DNA from: an uncultured delta proteobacterium
GTDB taxonomy: Bacteria; Desulfobacterota; Binatia; UBA9968
NCBI GenBank assembly: GCA_963816145.1
Contig: CAWFJP010000013.1
Coordinates: forward strand, 128,001 to 192,000
Length of the DNA: 64,000 bases
Direction: 5' to 3'
Each line of letters starts with the position of its first letter. Position 1 is the first letter of the stretch. The position numbers were made by a program, and so were the translations under genes. A model generated the notes under the pieces. It saw only the letters and a list, made by a program, of their open reading frames with translations, had not been told where the DNA came from and ran no database searches. Positions 1 to 9,581 of the stretch are shown here, piece after piece.

Positions 1-471
1 CCGCCAACATAGATCCGCTTACACTGCCAACTAGACTATCCGATAATCCTATGGCTATTTCGCTCCTTTCAGATCGACATCGACACTTATGGGGCGGACG
101 CAAGTTTAAACTGCCGTTACTCTATCAGCAACTATTTCTTGGCGGCAAGCCTTTTCTTGGAGTCAATTGCCGCTCTTTACGGTTGGCGGTTTGTAATTGC
201 CAAACAATTGTTTTTGGGCGTGAATTGCGAAGCTGGTCTTTTTGCCCCTGCGGCTGGCGCAAGGCCGAAAAGGTCCGTGGATTCGTACCCTAAACAACTT
301 CACGAGTTCGCGGATGTCATGCTCGATTCATTGGCATGGTGATCGGAGGCTCTACTATCGGTCGCTGGAGTTTTATCGGGAATGGCCTTGTCCCCGCAAA
401 GCTTACCATGTTAGGGTTCTTGCCTGCGTTATTGAACGGTCGTTTCCCTCGAACTAAAGGAGATTACGCTT

Positions 472-972
472 ATGCAATATAGGAAGTCGTCGCAATCACT
501 CGCAGTAGCGCTGGCTTTTTGCCTGGCAGCTTTTTTGGCAGCCTGTCAAAAGGGCCCCGACGACGCGGCGTTGACGACCAGCGTGAAATCGCAACTGACG
601 GCGCAGAGTCCGGCCTTAGCTTCCATGGTCAATGTCGAGACCAAGGAGGGAGTCGTGACTCTAACGGGCACGGTCGATAACGACGCGGCGAAGAGCCAGG
701 CGGAGCAAGCCGCAAAAGGCGTCGCCAATGTCAAATCGGTGGTCAACAACTTGAGCGTCAAGCCGCCGATCGTTGTTTCCGAGGATCCGAAGATCAAGAG
801 CGCGGTCGAGGCTGGCCTAGCTAAATACAACGTGAAAGGCGTAACCGCCGATGTCGCCGACGGACAAGTGACACTGACCGGCGAGATTCCCCGGGCAAAA
901 TTGCAGGATGCTATGAAGGCGGCCAACGAGGCCAATCCGAAGAAAGTTGTTAACCAACTCACTATCAAATAG
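472..972 (+). CDS. BON-domain lipoprotein (OsmY-like, two BON domains)
   Basis: Lipobox-like LAAC after a hydrophobic signal; two BON-like repeats (VETKEGVVTLTGTV, VADGQVTLTGEI); RBS AAGGAG upstream. Confidence 0.88.
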   Translation: MQYRKSSQSLAVALAFCLAAFLAACQKGPDDAALTTSVKSQLTAQSPALASMVNVETKEGVVTLTGTVDNDAAKSQAEQAAKGVANVKSVVNNLSVKPPIVVSEDPKIKSAVEAGLAKYNVKGVTADVADGQVTLTGEIPRAKLQDAMKAANEANPKKVVNQLTIK

Positions 973-983
973 GGAGGTGTCCC

Positions 984-1355
984 ATGCTGAGAGACAAGTA
1001 CCAATCGTTAATCGCCATGGCCGAAGGCAACGGAGTCGCCGACTTGAACATCCAGGAACAGGACAATGTGCTGCACATCCAGGGCACAGTGCCCAGTGAA
1101 GCCGTCAAGCAACAACTATGGGATGAATACAACCGCCTCGACCCGGATATGCGCTCCGGTGACATAGTTATGAACCTCGAGGTTGCCGCCGGAAGCGAAG
1201 TTTTTTACACCGTGGTGGCCGGTGATTCGCTAAGTAAGATTGCGACACAATATAAGGGTGTGACCTGGCAAAAGATCTTTGAAGCGAATCGTGATCAGAT
1301 CAAAAATCCGGATCTGATCCATCCGGGACAGAAACTACGAATCCCGACCGCGTAG
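984..1355 (+). CDS. LysM peptidoglycan-binding protein (Kbp/YgaU-like)
   Basis: C-terminal LysM motif YTVVAGDSLSKIA...IFEANRDQIKNPDLIHPGQKLRIP; RBS GGAGG; 11 bp after the BON gene. Confidence 0.9.
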   Translation: MLRDKYQSLIAMAEGNGVADLNIQEQDNVLHIQGTVPSEAVKQQLWDEYNRLDPDMRSGDIVMNLEVAAGSEVFYTVVAGDSLSKIATQYKGVTWQKIFEANRDQIKNPDLIHPGQKLRIPTA

Positions 1356-1432
1356 GTGCACCGGGTTACGCATGCCCGTTACACGGGAATTTTCTCGCTT
1401 TGTTCGTAGGGATTGTCGCCGCGTGTATTATG

Positions 1433-1464
1433 ACAGCAGAGCCCCCGAAGGGCTCTGCTGTTTT
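1433..1464 (+). terminator. Rho-independent terminator of the BON-LysM operon
   Basis: 12-bp stem ACAGCAGAGCCC / GGGCTCTGCTGT, 5-nt loop, then a short T run. Confidence 0.75.
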
Positions 1465-1554
1465 CAGACCTTAACGCTGCTTTGCCGGACCTGCCCCCTG
1501 CTGCCCCTGAAGTAGCAAAGCAAAGATGCGATCCTGCTACCCTAACTGCAATCA

Positions 1555-2190
1555 TTATTGGCGCCAGACCGCGCCGATGTCGGCGGCCGGCACGACATCG
1601 AAGAACGCCTGCTCCATCAATTTGAACGCCATGTCGTGCGCCTCGCGGTTACGCGAGCCGACGCAGTCTTTGAGCACGACGACATCGTAGCCGAGATTGC
1701 GCGTGCTGCGCGCTGTGCCCTCGACGCCGCCTTCGGTGGCGACACCGCCGATGACGAGCGTCTTGATGCCGTTGCTGCGCCGTATCAGGTCGAGGTCGGT
1801 GCCGACAAATCCATCGGGACGGCGCTTTTGAAAAACGATATCCTGTGGCTGCGGTTGCAGCTCGGCGATGATCTCGCGGTCATGGGGATCTTCTTTTTCG
1901 CTCAAAAGCTTCTGCGGATCGGCGGTTTTGGCCCGCTTCATCCTGATGCGCACCCAGATGCCGGCTTCTTCTTTGGCCAGGTCAAACGGGGTCTGCACCG
2001 AGTAGCAAATCCGCACGCCGCTGCGCCGTGCCAGCGCTGAAAGTTCTTGCAGCTTGGGCAACATGTCTTGACAATTGAACGCATTGGGGCCGATGGCGTA
2101 CTCCATGTCCCAAATGAGTAGCGCCGTGCGCGAAGGCTCGACGATCTCCGCCAGTGTGGTGGCGATTTTTTTACCAGCGATCTCGATCAT
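1555..2190 (-). CDS. Isochorismatase-family hydrolase (YecD-like)
   Basis: TALLIWDM, KRRPDGF, GVATEGGVEGTAR...GYDVVVLKDC motifs. Confidence 0.88.
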   Translation of the reverse strand: MIEIAGKKIATTLAEIVEPSRTALLIWDMEYAIGPNAFNCQDMLPKLQELSALARRSGVRICYSVQTPFDLAKEEAGIWVRIRMKRAKTADPQKLLSEKEDPHDREIIAELQPQPQDIVFQKRRPDGFVGTDLDLIRRSNGIKTLVIGGVATEGGVEGTARSTRNLGYDVVVLKDCVGSRNREAHDMAFKLMEQAFFDVVPAADIGAVWRQ

Positions 2191-2318
2191 CTTTCACCTC
2201 CATTTTAGACTTATCGGGAACATTGCTAAATCGCTCATCCACCAGCCGGGGCAACGAAGCAAGTCAAATTATTAAGGCAATGATCGTCCTGGCCAGGTCC
2301 CCATAGCCGTCGCATCTC

Positions 2319-3209
2319 CTACGACAAGTGACCCATCTTGCCGCTTCGGTAATCTTCCATCGCCTGGCGAATCTCTTGGGCAGTGTTCATGACGAACGGT
2401 CCTTGTCCGACAATCGGCTCATCAATCGGTTCGCCGCAAAGCAGTAAAGCCGTCGCGTCATTCACGCATTCGATGCTGATGTTTTTGCCGGCGCGGTCGA
2501 ACAGTCCGACCTCGGCCGTCGTGATTTCCTCGGAGCCGTTCACGCGCAGAGCGCCTTTGAGTACCACCAGTGCCGTCGTGTAACCATCGGGCACGGGAAG
2601 ATCTGTTCTCTGATTGGCGACGAAGCGTAGGTCGACAACCAGGATTGGCGTGAACGTCTTTGCCGGCCCCTTCGCGCCGGTGAACTCTCCGGCGATCACA
2701 CGGATCGTTCCTTGGCCGCCGGGCAGGCTGACGGTGGGAATCTGACTGTTGGTAATGCTCTGGTAACGCGGCGGCGCCAATTTATCCTTCGCCGGCAGGT
2801 TGACCCACAGTTGGACCATTTCGAACATCCCGCCGCGCTTTGCGAAATCGCGGCCGTGAAACTCCTCATGGACGATGCCGGACGCGGCGGTCATCCACTG
2901 CACGTCACCGGGGCCGATCCGGCCGCCGCCGCCGGAAGAGTCGCGGTGCTCGACTTCTCCCTCGTAAACGATGGTCACGGTCTCGAAGCCGCGATGTGGG
3001 TGCTCGCCGACGCCGAGGCGTTCCTTCGTCGGTGGAAATTCTCTTGGACCGGCGTAATCCAAAAGTAAAAACGGGCTGAGCACCGGCCCCAGGTTGGGAT
3101 ACGCGAACAGTGTCCGAACCGGGAAGCCGTTACCGACCCAATGCCGATCGACGCTACGCTGGATACAGCGAAGCTTCTTGACTAATTTCGTATCGCTTAC
3201 TGACGCCAT
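2319..3209 (-). CDS. Pirin-family protein
   Basis: PFLLLDY, HPHRGFETVT, VQWMTAASGIVHEE, QLWVNLP and GPFVMNT motifs. Confidence 0.95.
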   Translation of the reverse strand: MASVSDTKLVKKLRCIQRSVDRHWVGNGFPVRTLFAYPNLGPVLSPFLLLDYAGPREFPPTKERLGVGEHPHRGFETVTIVYEGEVEHRDSSGGGGRIGPGDVQWMTAASGIVHEEFHGRDFAKRGGMFEMVQLWVNLPAKDKLAPPRYQSITNSQIPTVSLPGGQGTIRVIAGEFTGAKGPAKTFTPILVVDLRFVANQRTDLPVPDGYTTALVVLKGALRVNGSEEITTAEVGLFDRAGKNISIECVNDATALLLCGEPIDEPIVGQGPFVMNTAQEIRQAMEDYRSGKMGHLS

Positions 3210-3439
3210 CGGTCACCTCGTTTTTCCAGGATAAGATTAACCGGTTGCATGCACAACCGTGCAAATTTCCGAGCCCATGAAGTTTTGGTGTAAATTCTTT
3301 GCCGCTGAACATTTGTCCTTGTCCGGGTGCTTCAATTACCCGCTGGACTTCCTCTAGCCCTGGCTGCGGTAAAGCGTTACGTTGAATAGGCAGGAAGCGA
3401 GAAGCTTACCAGGTCAGTAAACCATGAAAGGAAGTCGAA

Positions 3440-3652
3440 ATGAAACCTGCGGCATTCGGGTTTCTTATTGCGTTAGTCCTTTCGTTCATGGGCTGTACCG
3501 CCGCTCCTGACCGCATTCTATTGAAAGAACAGGGCGAGGATAATCACTGCCATATGAAGATCGAGACTTATGGCGATCCGGCCAATCCGACCGAACGCGA
3601 GGTTGTCGACTATTACGGGCCCTGTGATGAACGGCCCGGCCCCAGGCGTTAA
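3440..3652 (+). CDS. Small hypothetical lipoprotein
   Basis: RBS AAGGAAG; hydrophobic signal ending FMGC; two further Cys residues. Confidence 0.6.
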   Translation: MKPAAFGFLIALVLSFMGCTAAPDRILLKEQGEDNHCHMKIETYGDPANPTEREVVDYYGPCDERPGPRR

Positions 3653-3695
3653 CCTCGACGGCTTAGCCGACCTCTTTTCAATTCTTGACTAGTTT

Positions 3696-3820
3696 CTAGC
3701 CAACTTGCTTCGGCCGGTAAAACTCGATCGCATTCTTGTAAAAAACATTCCCCGCCTTTTCTTCTCCTAATGTTTCCAAACCAGCGTTGAGTCGCTATCG
3801 AGATAGGGCCTCGGCGCGCG
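3696..3820 (-). pseudogene. Relic of an amidohydrolase 3' end (copy 1)
   Basis: Aligns by eye to 8133-8258; encodes ...NVFYKNAIEFYRPKQVG*; carries an indel. Confidence 0.8.
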
Positions 3821-3945
3821 CACTCGCGGCATCCGCTGCCGCGATCGGAGTGCCGACAAAGAGTGACGTTGTATGACCGGCCTTCACCGCGAGCAACTCT
3901 TCAGCGAATGCGAAATTCTGCTGCGTTAGGCGCTTAGCCAATTCC
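3814..3945 (-). pseudogene. Relic of the AAA ATPase 3' region
   Basis: Aligns to 7072-7206 (ELAKRLTQQNFAFAEELLAVKA...SLFV vs DLAKRIKQQDFESAMEEVLAAKA...SLFV); joined to the amidohydrolase relic at a shared GCGCGCG. Confidence 0.75.
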
Positions 3946-4075
3946 CAGCGGCGGATTATTTCGTTCACGAGACCAAAGTCATGCGCTGTTATCGCCGTCG
4001 GCTTGCACTGACGACGCCTCGGTCCCAAAGCGCAAGTTGACGCGCCGGCACTCGCTGCGATTTGTGTCCGGCATC

Positions 4076-4282
4076 ATGGCGAAATACCTCCATCGATCCT
4101 GCCCCGAGTGCCGCGACTATTTCTGTGTTGAGGTATCCCAAAGAGCTAAGAGCGATGGCGAGTATTCCATTACCGGCTACTGTGTGGTGTGCGGCTATCA
4201 GCTCAATGGCTGGCGGGTAATTCCTGGCCGCAAGCAATCCGCGACCTTTTCCAGTGCCAAAAAGCTGGACGTAGCTCGGTAA
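4076..4282 (+). CDS. Small zinc-ribbon protein
   Basis: CPEC...CVVC pair in 68 aa; ATG at 4076 chosen as the likely start. Confidence 0.6.
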   Translation: MAKYLHRSCPECRDYFCVEVSQRAKSDGEYSITGYCVVCGYQLNGWRVIPGRKQSATFSSAKKLDVAR

Positions 4283-4340
4283 CTGCACGTTGGCGCGTCA
4301 CACATGTGCCCCCAGCGCCGCGTGGTCCAAGGCGTGATTT

Positions 4341-4988
4341 TCAGGCCGCCGGACGATTGTCCGCCTGCGGCGCCGTGAAAAACAATTCGTTCAATTGAGT
4401 GGGCTTGTGTCGTGCAAGGAAGGTCAGGTAACTGGAAATGCACGCTTCCTTATCAAACAACGATTGCATGAGCAGGGTTTGATCGCTGGTACCGTTCGCC
4501 TGGGTGAAACTTTGAACGTAATCAGCGATTTCAGGAAAGTTTTGTAATTCAGCAGGTTTGGCGACAATGGTTTTCAACTGCTCGAGCCGTGTCTTCATCG
4601 ACGCGGTTGTGATCAGGCGCGTCCAGTCGCGCGGCGGGTGGCTGCCGATGTCGCGCTGCAACAACCGAGCGATCCCGCAGTCTATATCGGGTGCCAGTGG
4701 GGGCTGCATCTCGCTGACAAAGGCAACCGGCTTGGGGTCGCTGATACTTGGCGCTTGAGGTCCGGTATCGGTCGCCAATTCTACGCGTGTCACTCGATTG
4801 AGTTGCCCTTGAAACGGCACGCCCCGCGACGACCACGCCTGCCCAGCAAGGTTAGGGTAGAGCGCGTTGCGAATTTTGTCGAAAAGATTGCCAATAATGG
4901 GAAATTTCCCGCGTCGCAGTGGCTGATGAATTCCCAATAATACACTAGCGTTGGGCATGATACCTTTGAAGTCGGACGGTGATTTCAT
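4341..4988 (-). CDS. Hypothetical protein (possibly a truncated fragment)
   Basis: ORF with RBS GAAGGAAG before ATG 4988; no recognisable motif. Confidence 0.5.
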   Translation of the reverse strand: MKSPSDFKGIMPNASVLLGIHQPLRRGKFPIIGNLFDKIRNALYPNLAGQAWSSRGVPFQGQLNRVTRVELATDTGPQAPSISDPKPVAFVSEMQPPLAPDIDCGIARLLQRDIGSHPPRDWTRLITTASMKTRLEQLKTIVAKPAELQNFPEIADYVQSFTQANGTSDQTLLMQSLFDKEACISSYLTFLARHKPTQLNELFFTAPQADNRPAA

Positions 4989-5482
4989 TGCGCTTCCTTC
5001 CAAAGAAATATTTCTGTTCTTATCGGTTACGATGGTGCAAACTCCGTATCTTAGGTGACGTTGCACGGAGCGCTGCGTCCATTGGCACGCTGCAAAAACT
5101 CCGCTGGCCGATACCTCGCAATTACTATCCACATTGCGGCAACCCGACTGATTGTCTCGGTTTTGGCTTTTTGTTAAGCAACGTCCGTACCAGAAGCATG
5201 TTCGCTATTGTAATCAGGTAAAAACCATTTCTTGGTTAAGTCCAGGTAAACTTTTGTTTACAGTTGGTGTATCCATTTGTTGTAGGATGGAGTCGTGGCC
5301 AGTCAGTCAATTGCCTTCAAAGAGTTGTCAGTTGGCTTTTTAGTCGCCAACGTTGTGCTGGCGCAGATGCTCATCGCGACGGGCATCATTAACGAACCGG
5401 AGTTTCAGAGAACGATAGCTGAGGAGCGAGCGAAGTATCAGCCGATGTTCAAATCGACACGACAATAGTCAAAGAGGATCAC

Positions 5483-6142
5483 ATGGCGACAGAAGTAGCA
5501 GAGATCGACAAGAAAAATCGGCGAGCTTACCTAAAACTTAGCTTCAGTGTAATTACCTGTGTTCTGGGGTTATGGGCCTCTGCCCCAGCGCAGCAGCCGA
5601 TTGCGCCTGTTGACTTCAGACCGTTCGTGGATGGGCGTAACTGGATCGTCCGCCAGCCGTTGGTTTACACGATCGGCGTGTCAAAGGACACGATTACTGT
5701 CCCGCCTGGATTCGTCACTGATTTCGCGAGTATCCCGCAGGTGCTTCATTCGCTGCTGCGCCAAAACGGCCTGTATTTGCTCCCCGCTGTAGTTCACGAT
5801 TATCTTTACTGGACGCAGAGCTGCTCGCGAGATCAAGCAGATCAGATTCTCAATTTGGGGATGATTGAAAACAAGGTTCCCGGCCCGCAGCGGCTCGCGA
5901 TCTACGGGGCGGTACGAGCCGCTGGCGGGTTTGCTTGGGACGCCAACGCAAAGGATCGCGCTGCAAAGCTGGTCCGCATACTGCCGCTAGATCGCTTGGA
6001 CATCGGGCCAAATAAACTTTGGCCAGATTATCAAAGGGAGCTGTCTAAAGCCGGTGTTCTCGAAGCGCCGTCGGCGGCGGTCTCACAGAACTTTTGCGCG
6101 CGTGGGGACTTGGCTACCAACGAAGCGTTGGGAACGAAGTGA
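5483..6142 (+). CDS. DUF1353-domain secreted protein
   Basis: VPPGFVTDFASIP...AVVHDYLY...ADQI motif; signal-peptide-like segment. Confidence 0.85.
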   Translation: MATEVAEIDKKNRRAYLKLSFSVITCVLGLWASAPAQQPIAPVDFRPFVDGRNWIVRQPLVYTIGVSKDTITVPPGFVTDFASIPQVLHSLLRQNGLYLLPAVVHDYLYWTQSCSRDQADQILNLGMIENKVPGPQRLAIYGAVRAAGGFAWDANAKDRAAKLVRILPLDRLDIGPNKLWPDYQRELSKAGVLEAPSAAVSQNFCARGDLATNEALGTK

Positions 6143-6708
6143 ACCAGAGAACGACACAGACCGGCTTGGCATTGCTTGGGATGTTGATGCTGACAATCGC
6201 CTGCGGCGCGAACGCGCCGGCTCCGCTGCACAACACAGCGGCCGACCTCGGCGGTACGTCTTGGCAGTTAGTCTGGTTTCACGGCGGCGACGACAAGTTG
6301 CTGACCCCCGACGATCCGGCGAAGTACACCCTCGCCTTCGGCGCCGACGGCAGTGTCAGCGCGCGGATCGACTGTAACCGTGGGCGCGGCACCTGGAAAT
6401 CTTCGGGACCGAGCCAGCTCCAGTTCGGTCCGCTCGCGCTCACTCGCGCACTGTGCCCGCCGGGTTCGCTCCATGATCGCATCGTCAAAGATTGGGAGTT
6501 TGTGCGGTCGTACATATTGAAAGATGGCCATCTTTTTCTGTCACTCATGGCCGATGGAGGGATTTACGAGTCGAGCCGATCGGTGGAGCAAAGGCGGCCA
6601 CGGCGGATTCCCGGACCTGGGGAACGACACTGTTTAATTTTGCCGCGCTTCGAGGGATCCCGGATGAACGTTCCCAGCGTGGTTCGAGGATCAGCGCGCA
6701 CTGAGTAG
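6139..6708 (+). CDS. META-domain (HslJ-like) lipoprotein with a probable frameshift near 6570
   Basis: GTG start overlapping the upstream stop; TIAC lipobox; LGGTSWQLV, DCNRGRG, LALTRALC; GGIYE is followed by a missing T (expected FEP). Confidence 0.78.
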   Translation: MNQRTTQTGLALLGMLMLTIACGANAPAPLHNTAADLGGTSWQLVWFHGGDDKLLTPDDPAKYTLAFGADGSVSARIDCNRGRGTWKSSGPSQLQFGPLALTRALCPPGSLHDRIVKDWEFVRSYILKDGHLFLSLMADGGIYESSRSVEQRRPRRIPGPGERHCLILPRFEGSRMNVPSVVRGSARTE

Positions 6709-6743
6709 TACTAAATCCTGACTTTTCAAATTTCGATCAGTGT

Positions 6744-6893
6744 CTACCCAACTATCTTCGGCCGATAAAACTCGATCGCATTCTTGTAAAAAACATTGGC
6801 TGCTTTTTATTCGCCCGAGGTTTCCAAGACCAGCAGGTAGTCGTTATCGAGATACGGCCCCGGCGCGCGGGTCGACGGCAGGTCGGTGCCGAA
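6744..6893 (-). pseudogene. Relic of an amidohydrolase 3' end (copy 2)
   Basis: Encodes FGTDLPSTRAPGPYLDNDYLLVLETSGE*KAANVFYKNAIEFYRPKIVG*; colinear with 8133-8282; internal TAA. Confidence 0.85.
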
Positions 6894-6968
6894 GCGATTC
6901 AGTGCGCGGTTCAGGGTTGCGACGTGGATGTGCGTTGTTTGCCGGGGCGTTATTCACGACCTCATAAT

Positions 6969-7973
6969 TCAATGCAGGAGCGCCAAGGCAACTGCCACGA
7001 ACGCTGTGATCAACGCGGTGCCGGCTAGCGCCAGCGCGATGAAAATTGCGCTGCGCCATTGCGGCTCCATCGCGCGCGCACTATCGGCATCGGCTACGTG
7101 AGTCTTGGTGTCGACGAAGAGCGACTGCTGCATGACCGCCTTGGCGGCGAGCACCTCTTCCATAGCGGATTCGAAATCCTGCTGCTTTATGCGCTTAGCC
7201 AAATCCGATCCCGGCTGAGCGGCCGCAAACGCGGCGGCCTTGAGAACCGCATTTTTGATATCGCCGCCGCTCACCGTGTAGCGCTCGGCGAGCTGCTGAA
7301 AATCCACATCCGACGCTAACGGGGTCTTCTTCGGGTGAATTTGCATCTCCCAGATGCGCGCGCGTTCTTTCGGTCCCGGGATCTCGAACAGTACATGGGC
7401 GCGGATGCGGCGCTCGAATGCGGGATCGAAATTCGCTGCCAGATTGGTCGCGAAAATCACGATGCCATTGAACGCCTCCAACTCGCGCAGGAGAACGTTA
7501 ACCGTCAAATTGCTTTCGCGTTCGTGCGGCAGCCCGGCGCCGGAGGAGCGGCGCATGGCGATCGCGTCTGCCTCGTCGAATAATAGGACGGCATTTTGCT
7601 CAGCCGCGGCGCGAAACGTGGCGACGATATTTTTCGGAGTCTCGCCGAACCACATCGACTCGGCCTCGGCATAGTTGACCACAAGAAGCTTCAAGCCGAG
7701 CTCATAGGCAATCGCTTCGGCGCAGATCGTCTTTCCCGTGCCCGGCTGTCCGGCAAAATTAAACGCCAGCCCGCGTCCCGAAGTATGCCGTTCGCCCAGT
7801 CCCCAGCGGTTAAAGATCAAGTGGTGATTGCGCACCTGCGCCAGCGCCTGTTCCAAGGTGCGGTGGGTTTGTGGCGCCAATACGACATCGGCCAACGTGC
7901 GCGCCGGTGTGACGGCTTCGACGACACGGCGCGAACCGAGGCCGGTAAAGAAAGACATCAGCGGACTAGCCAT
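6969..7973 (-). CDS. AAA+ ATPase with a C-terminal hydrophobic helix
   Basis: Walker A GQPGTGKT, Walker B LLFDEAD, ATN...DPAFERR; C-terminal AIFIALALAGTALITAFVAVALALLH. Confidence 0.92.
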   Translation of the reverse strand: MASPLMSFFTGLGSRRVVEAVTPARTLADVVLAPQTHRTLEQALAQVRNHHLIFNRWGLGERHTSGRGLAFNFAGQPGTGKTICAEAIAYELGLKLLVVNYAEAESMWFGETPKNIVATFRAAAEQNAVLLFDEADAIAMRRSSGAGLPHERESNLTVNVLLRELEAFNGIVIFATNLAANFDPAFERRIRAHVLFEIPGPKERARIWEMQIHPKKTPLASDVDFQQLAERYTVSGGDIKNAVLKAAAFAAAQPGSDLAKRIKQQDFESAMEEVLAAKAVMQQSLFVDTKTHVADADSARAMEPQWRSAIFIALALAGTALITAFVAVALALLH

Positions 7974-8132
7974 AACTGATTCTGGGCAATTTCATCCTGG
8001 GAATCTAGATCGACAGTGATAAGAATCAAAGCGGTAGACATGCTTACGGCTGCTGGCGGAAATTGATTCGACGATTTTAGACGCCTTGGCGCACAGCGGA
8101 GAGTCCTTCAGTTTTGCTATTTCATCAGCCCG

Positions 8133-8894
8133 CTACGTAACCTTCGTGGGCCGATAAAACTCAATAGCGTTCTTGTAGAAAACATTGGCTGCCTTATCTT
8201 CTCCCAATGTTTCTAAGACCAGCGTGTAGTCGCTATCGAGATAGGGCCTGGGCGCGCGGGTGGATGGCAGGTCGGTGCCGAACATGAGAGCTTTCGGATT
8301 GGCGGCGTAGAGTTCCTTGAGCGCTGAGCCGACGTCGAAGTCGACCCGTCCGAAGCCGGTGGCTTTGACGCGCACGCCCCTCTCCGCGAGTTTGAGCAGC
8401 GTTGGGAACCCGGCTTTGGAAAGACCGATATGGTCGATGCTGACCGCGGGCAGTGAAACGAGGGTGTCGAACAGACCGGCCGCGTCGGTGGAATCGATGT
8501 ATAACTCGGTGTGCCAGCCGACCAGTTTATGAACCCGCCGCGCGAAGCTTTCCAGATGCTTGACGTCTTCGGACCCGCCGCGCTTGACGTTGAATCGGAC
8601 GGCGCGCACGCCGGCGTCGTTGAGTTTCTGCAACTCCCGATCCGATATGGTCTGCGGCACTTGGGTGACGCCGACAAAGGTCGGGCCGAGCACTTTCAAG
8701 GCATGAAACAGATAGGATTGATCCAACTCCTGGAAAGAGCCGGACACCACCGCGCCGCCGCACAGATCGATCGCTTTGACCCGCTCTAGATAATCCTCGC
8801 TGGTAAAGGCGTCGGGCATGAATCCGTGGTTGGGCACCACCGGGAAGTTCTTGTCGATGATATGAAAATGGCAATCGAAATACTTTTGCTTCAA
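8133..8894 (-). CDS. Amidohydrolase-2 family protein (2-pyrone-4,6-dicarboxylate lactonase-like)
   Basis: DCHFH, GVRAVRFN, IDHIG, FGTDLP; TTG start after RBS GAGGAG. Confidence 0.9.
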   Translation of the reverse strand: MKQKYFDCHFHIIDKNFPVVPNHGFMPDAFTSEDYLERVKAIDLCGGAVVSGSFQELDQSYLFHALKVLGPTFVGVTQVPQTISDRELQKLNDAGVRAVRFNVKRGGSEDVKHLESFARRVHKLVGWHTELYIDSTDAAGLFDTLVSLPAVSIDHIGLSKAGFPTLLKLAERGVRVKATGFGRVDFDVGSALKELYAANPKALMFGTDLPSTRAPRPYLDSDYTLVLETLGEDKAANVFYKNAIEFYRPTKVT

Positions 8895-9069
8895 CGAAAT
8901 TCTCCTCTCAAGTGTCTTGAATCGATTATCGCAATCACGCGGGGCGATCAAGTGACGTACGGCCGCAGCCTTGTCGTCCGTCGATCAGGCCCCAGTGAGC
9001 AAATTCTTAATCATCCCGTGCGCAGCTTACGCAGCGTGCTCGAAATTCAGACGCGGCTTGAGCGTTTGG

Positions 9070-9342
9070 CTAAAAGGACTGAAATAGCTCGATCGAATTG
9101 CCGGACGGATCCTCGATGAGGATTTGCTTGCCACCGTTGCCGGTAACGATATTATTGCGAAAGTTCCCTCCTGAATTCTTCAGCTTATTGACCGTCGCTT
9201 CAATATCCTTGACTTCGATCTGGATTCGGTTCCAGCCGCCCGGCGCCGGAGACTGACCGTCGCCCATCGCTTGTCCAGCGCCGCCGGCGCCGGGTCGATT
9301 AAGCAGCAGCTGTAAATCGCCACGCGACAAGTTTTTGGCCAT
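9070..9342 (-). pseudogene. N-terminally truncated VOC/glyoxalase protein
   Basis: RGDLQLLLN, PGGWNRIQIEV, EDPSGNSIELFQ present; the first beta-alpha unit appears absent; a repeat lies immediately upstream. Confidence 0.7.
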
Positions 9343-9373
9343 GGGTAAAGATTAGAGACCTCGTGAACAATTT

Positions 9374-9463
9374 CGAATGTTCAAATTGTTCAATCGCTTC
9401 GCTCCGTTCAAGCCGTTTAAGTCCAGCGGTTTCTAATCGTTCATACCATTCAAGTCTTTCAAT
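9374..9463. repeat. GTTCAA-periodic intergenic repeat, copy A
   Basis: CGAATGTTCAAATTGTTCAATCGCTTCGCTCCGTTCAAGCCGTTT...; direct repeat of 10547-10666. Confidence 0.8.
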
Positions 9464-9581
9464 TCGACCAGCGAAGCGATCCGGCTCTTCGGGTCGGCCC
9501 CAGCTTGGAAAAAGGAAAGGAGCACCTACAATTTATGGTCTTGACCAACACCGACGATAGGGAGCAGTCTAGGTGTAAATA

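Noticed and set aside
51-457. Three short overlapping ORFs at the window start
   Set aside because: No motifs or RBS; probably the promoter region of the BON operon
1555-2190. Missing catalytic Cys in the isochorismatase as a novelty
   Set aside because: Gly at this position is common in the YecD/isochorismatase subfamily
5346-5468. Short reading frame (ANVVLAQMLIATGIINEPEFQRTIAEERAKYQ...) upstream of the DUF1353 gene
   Set aside because: Looks protein-like but has no clear start or RBS; too weak to call
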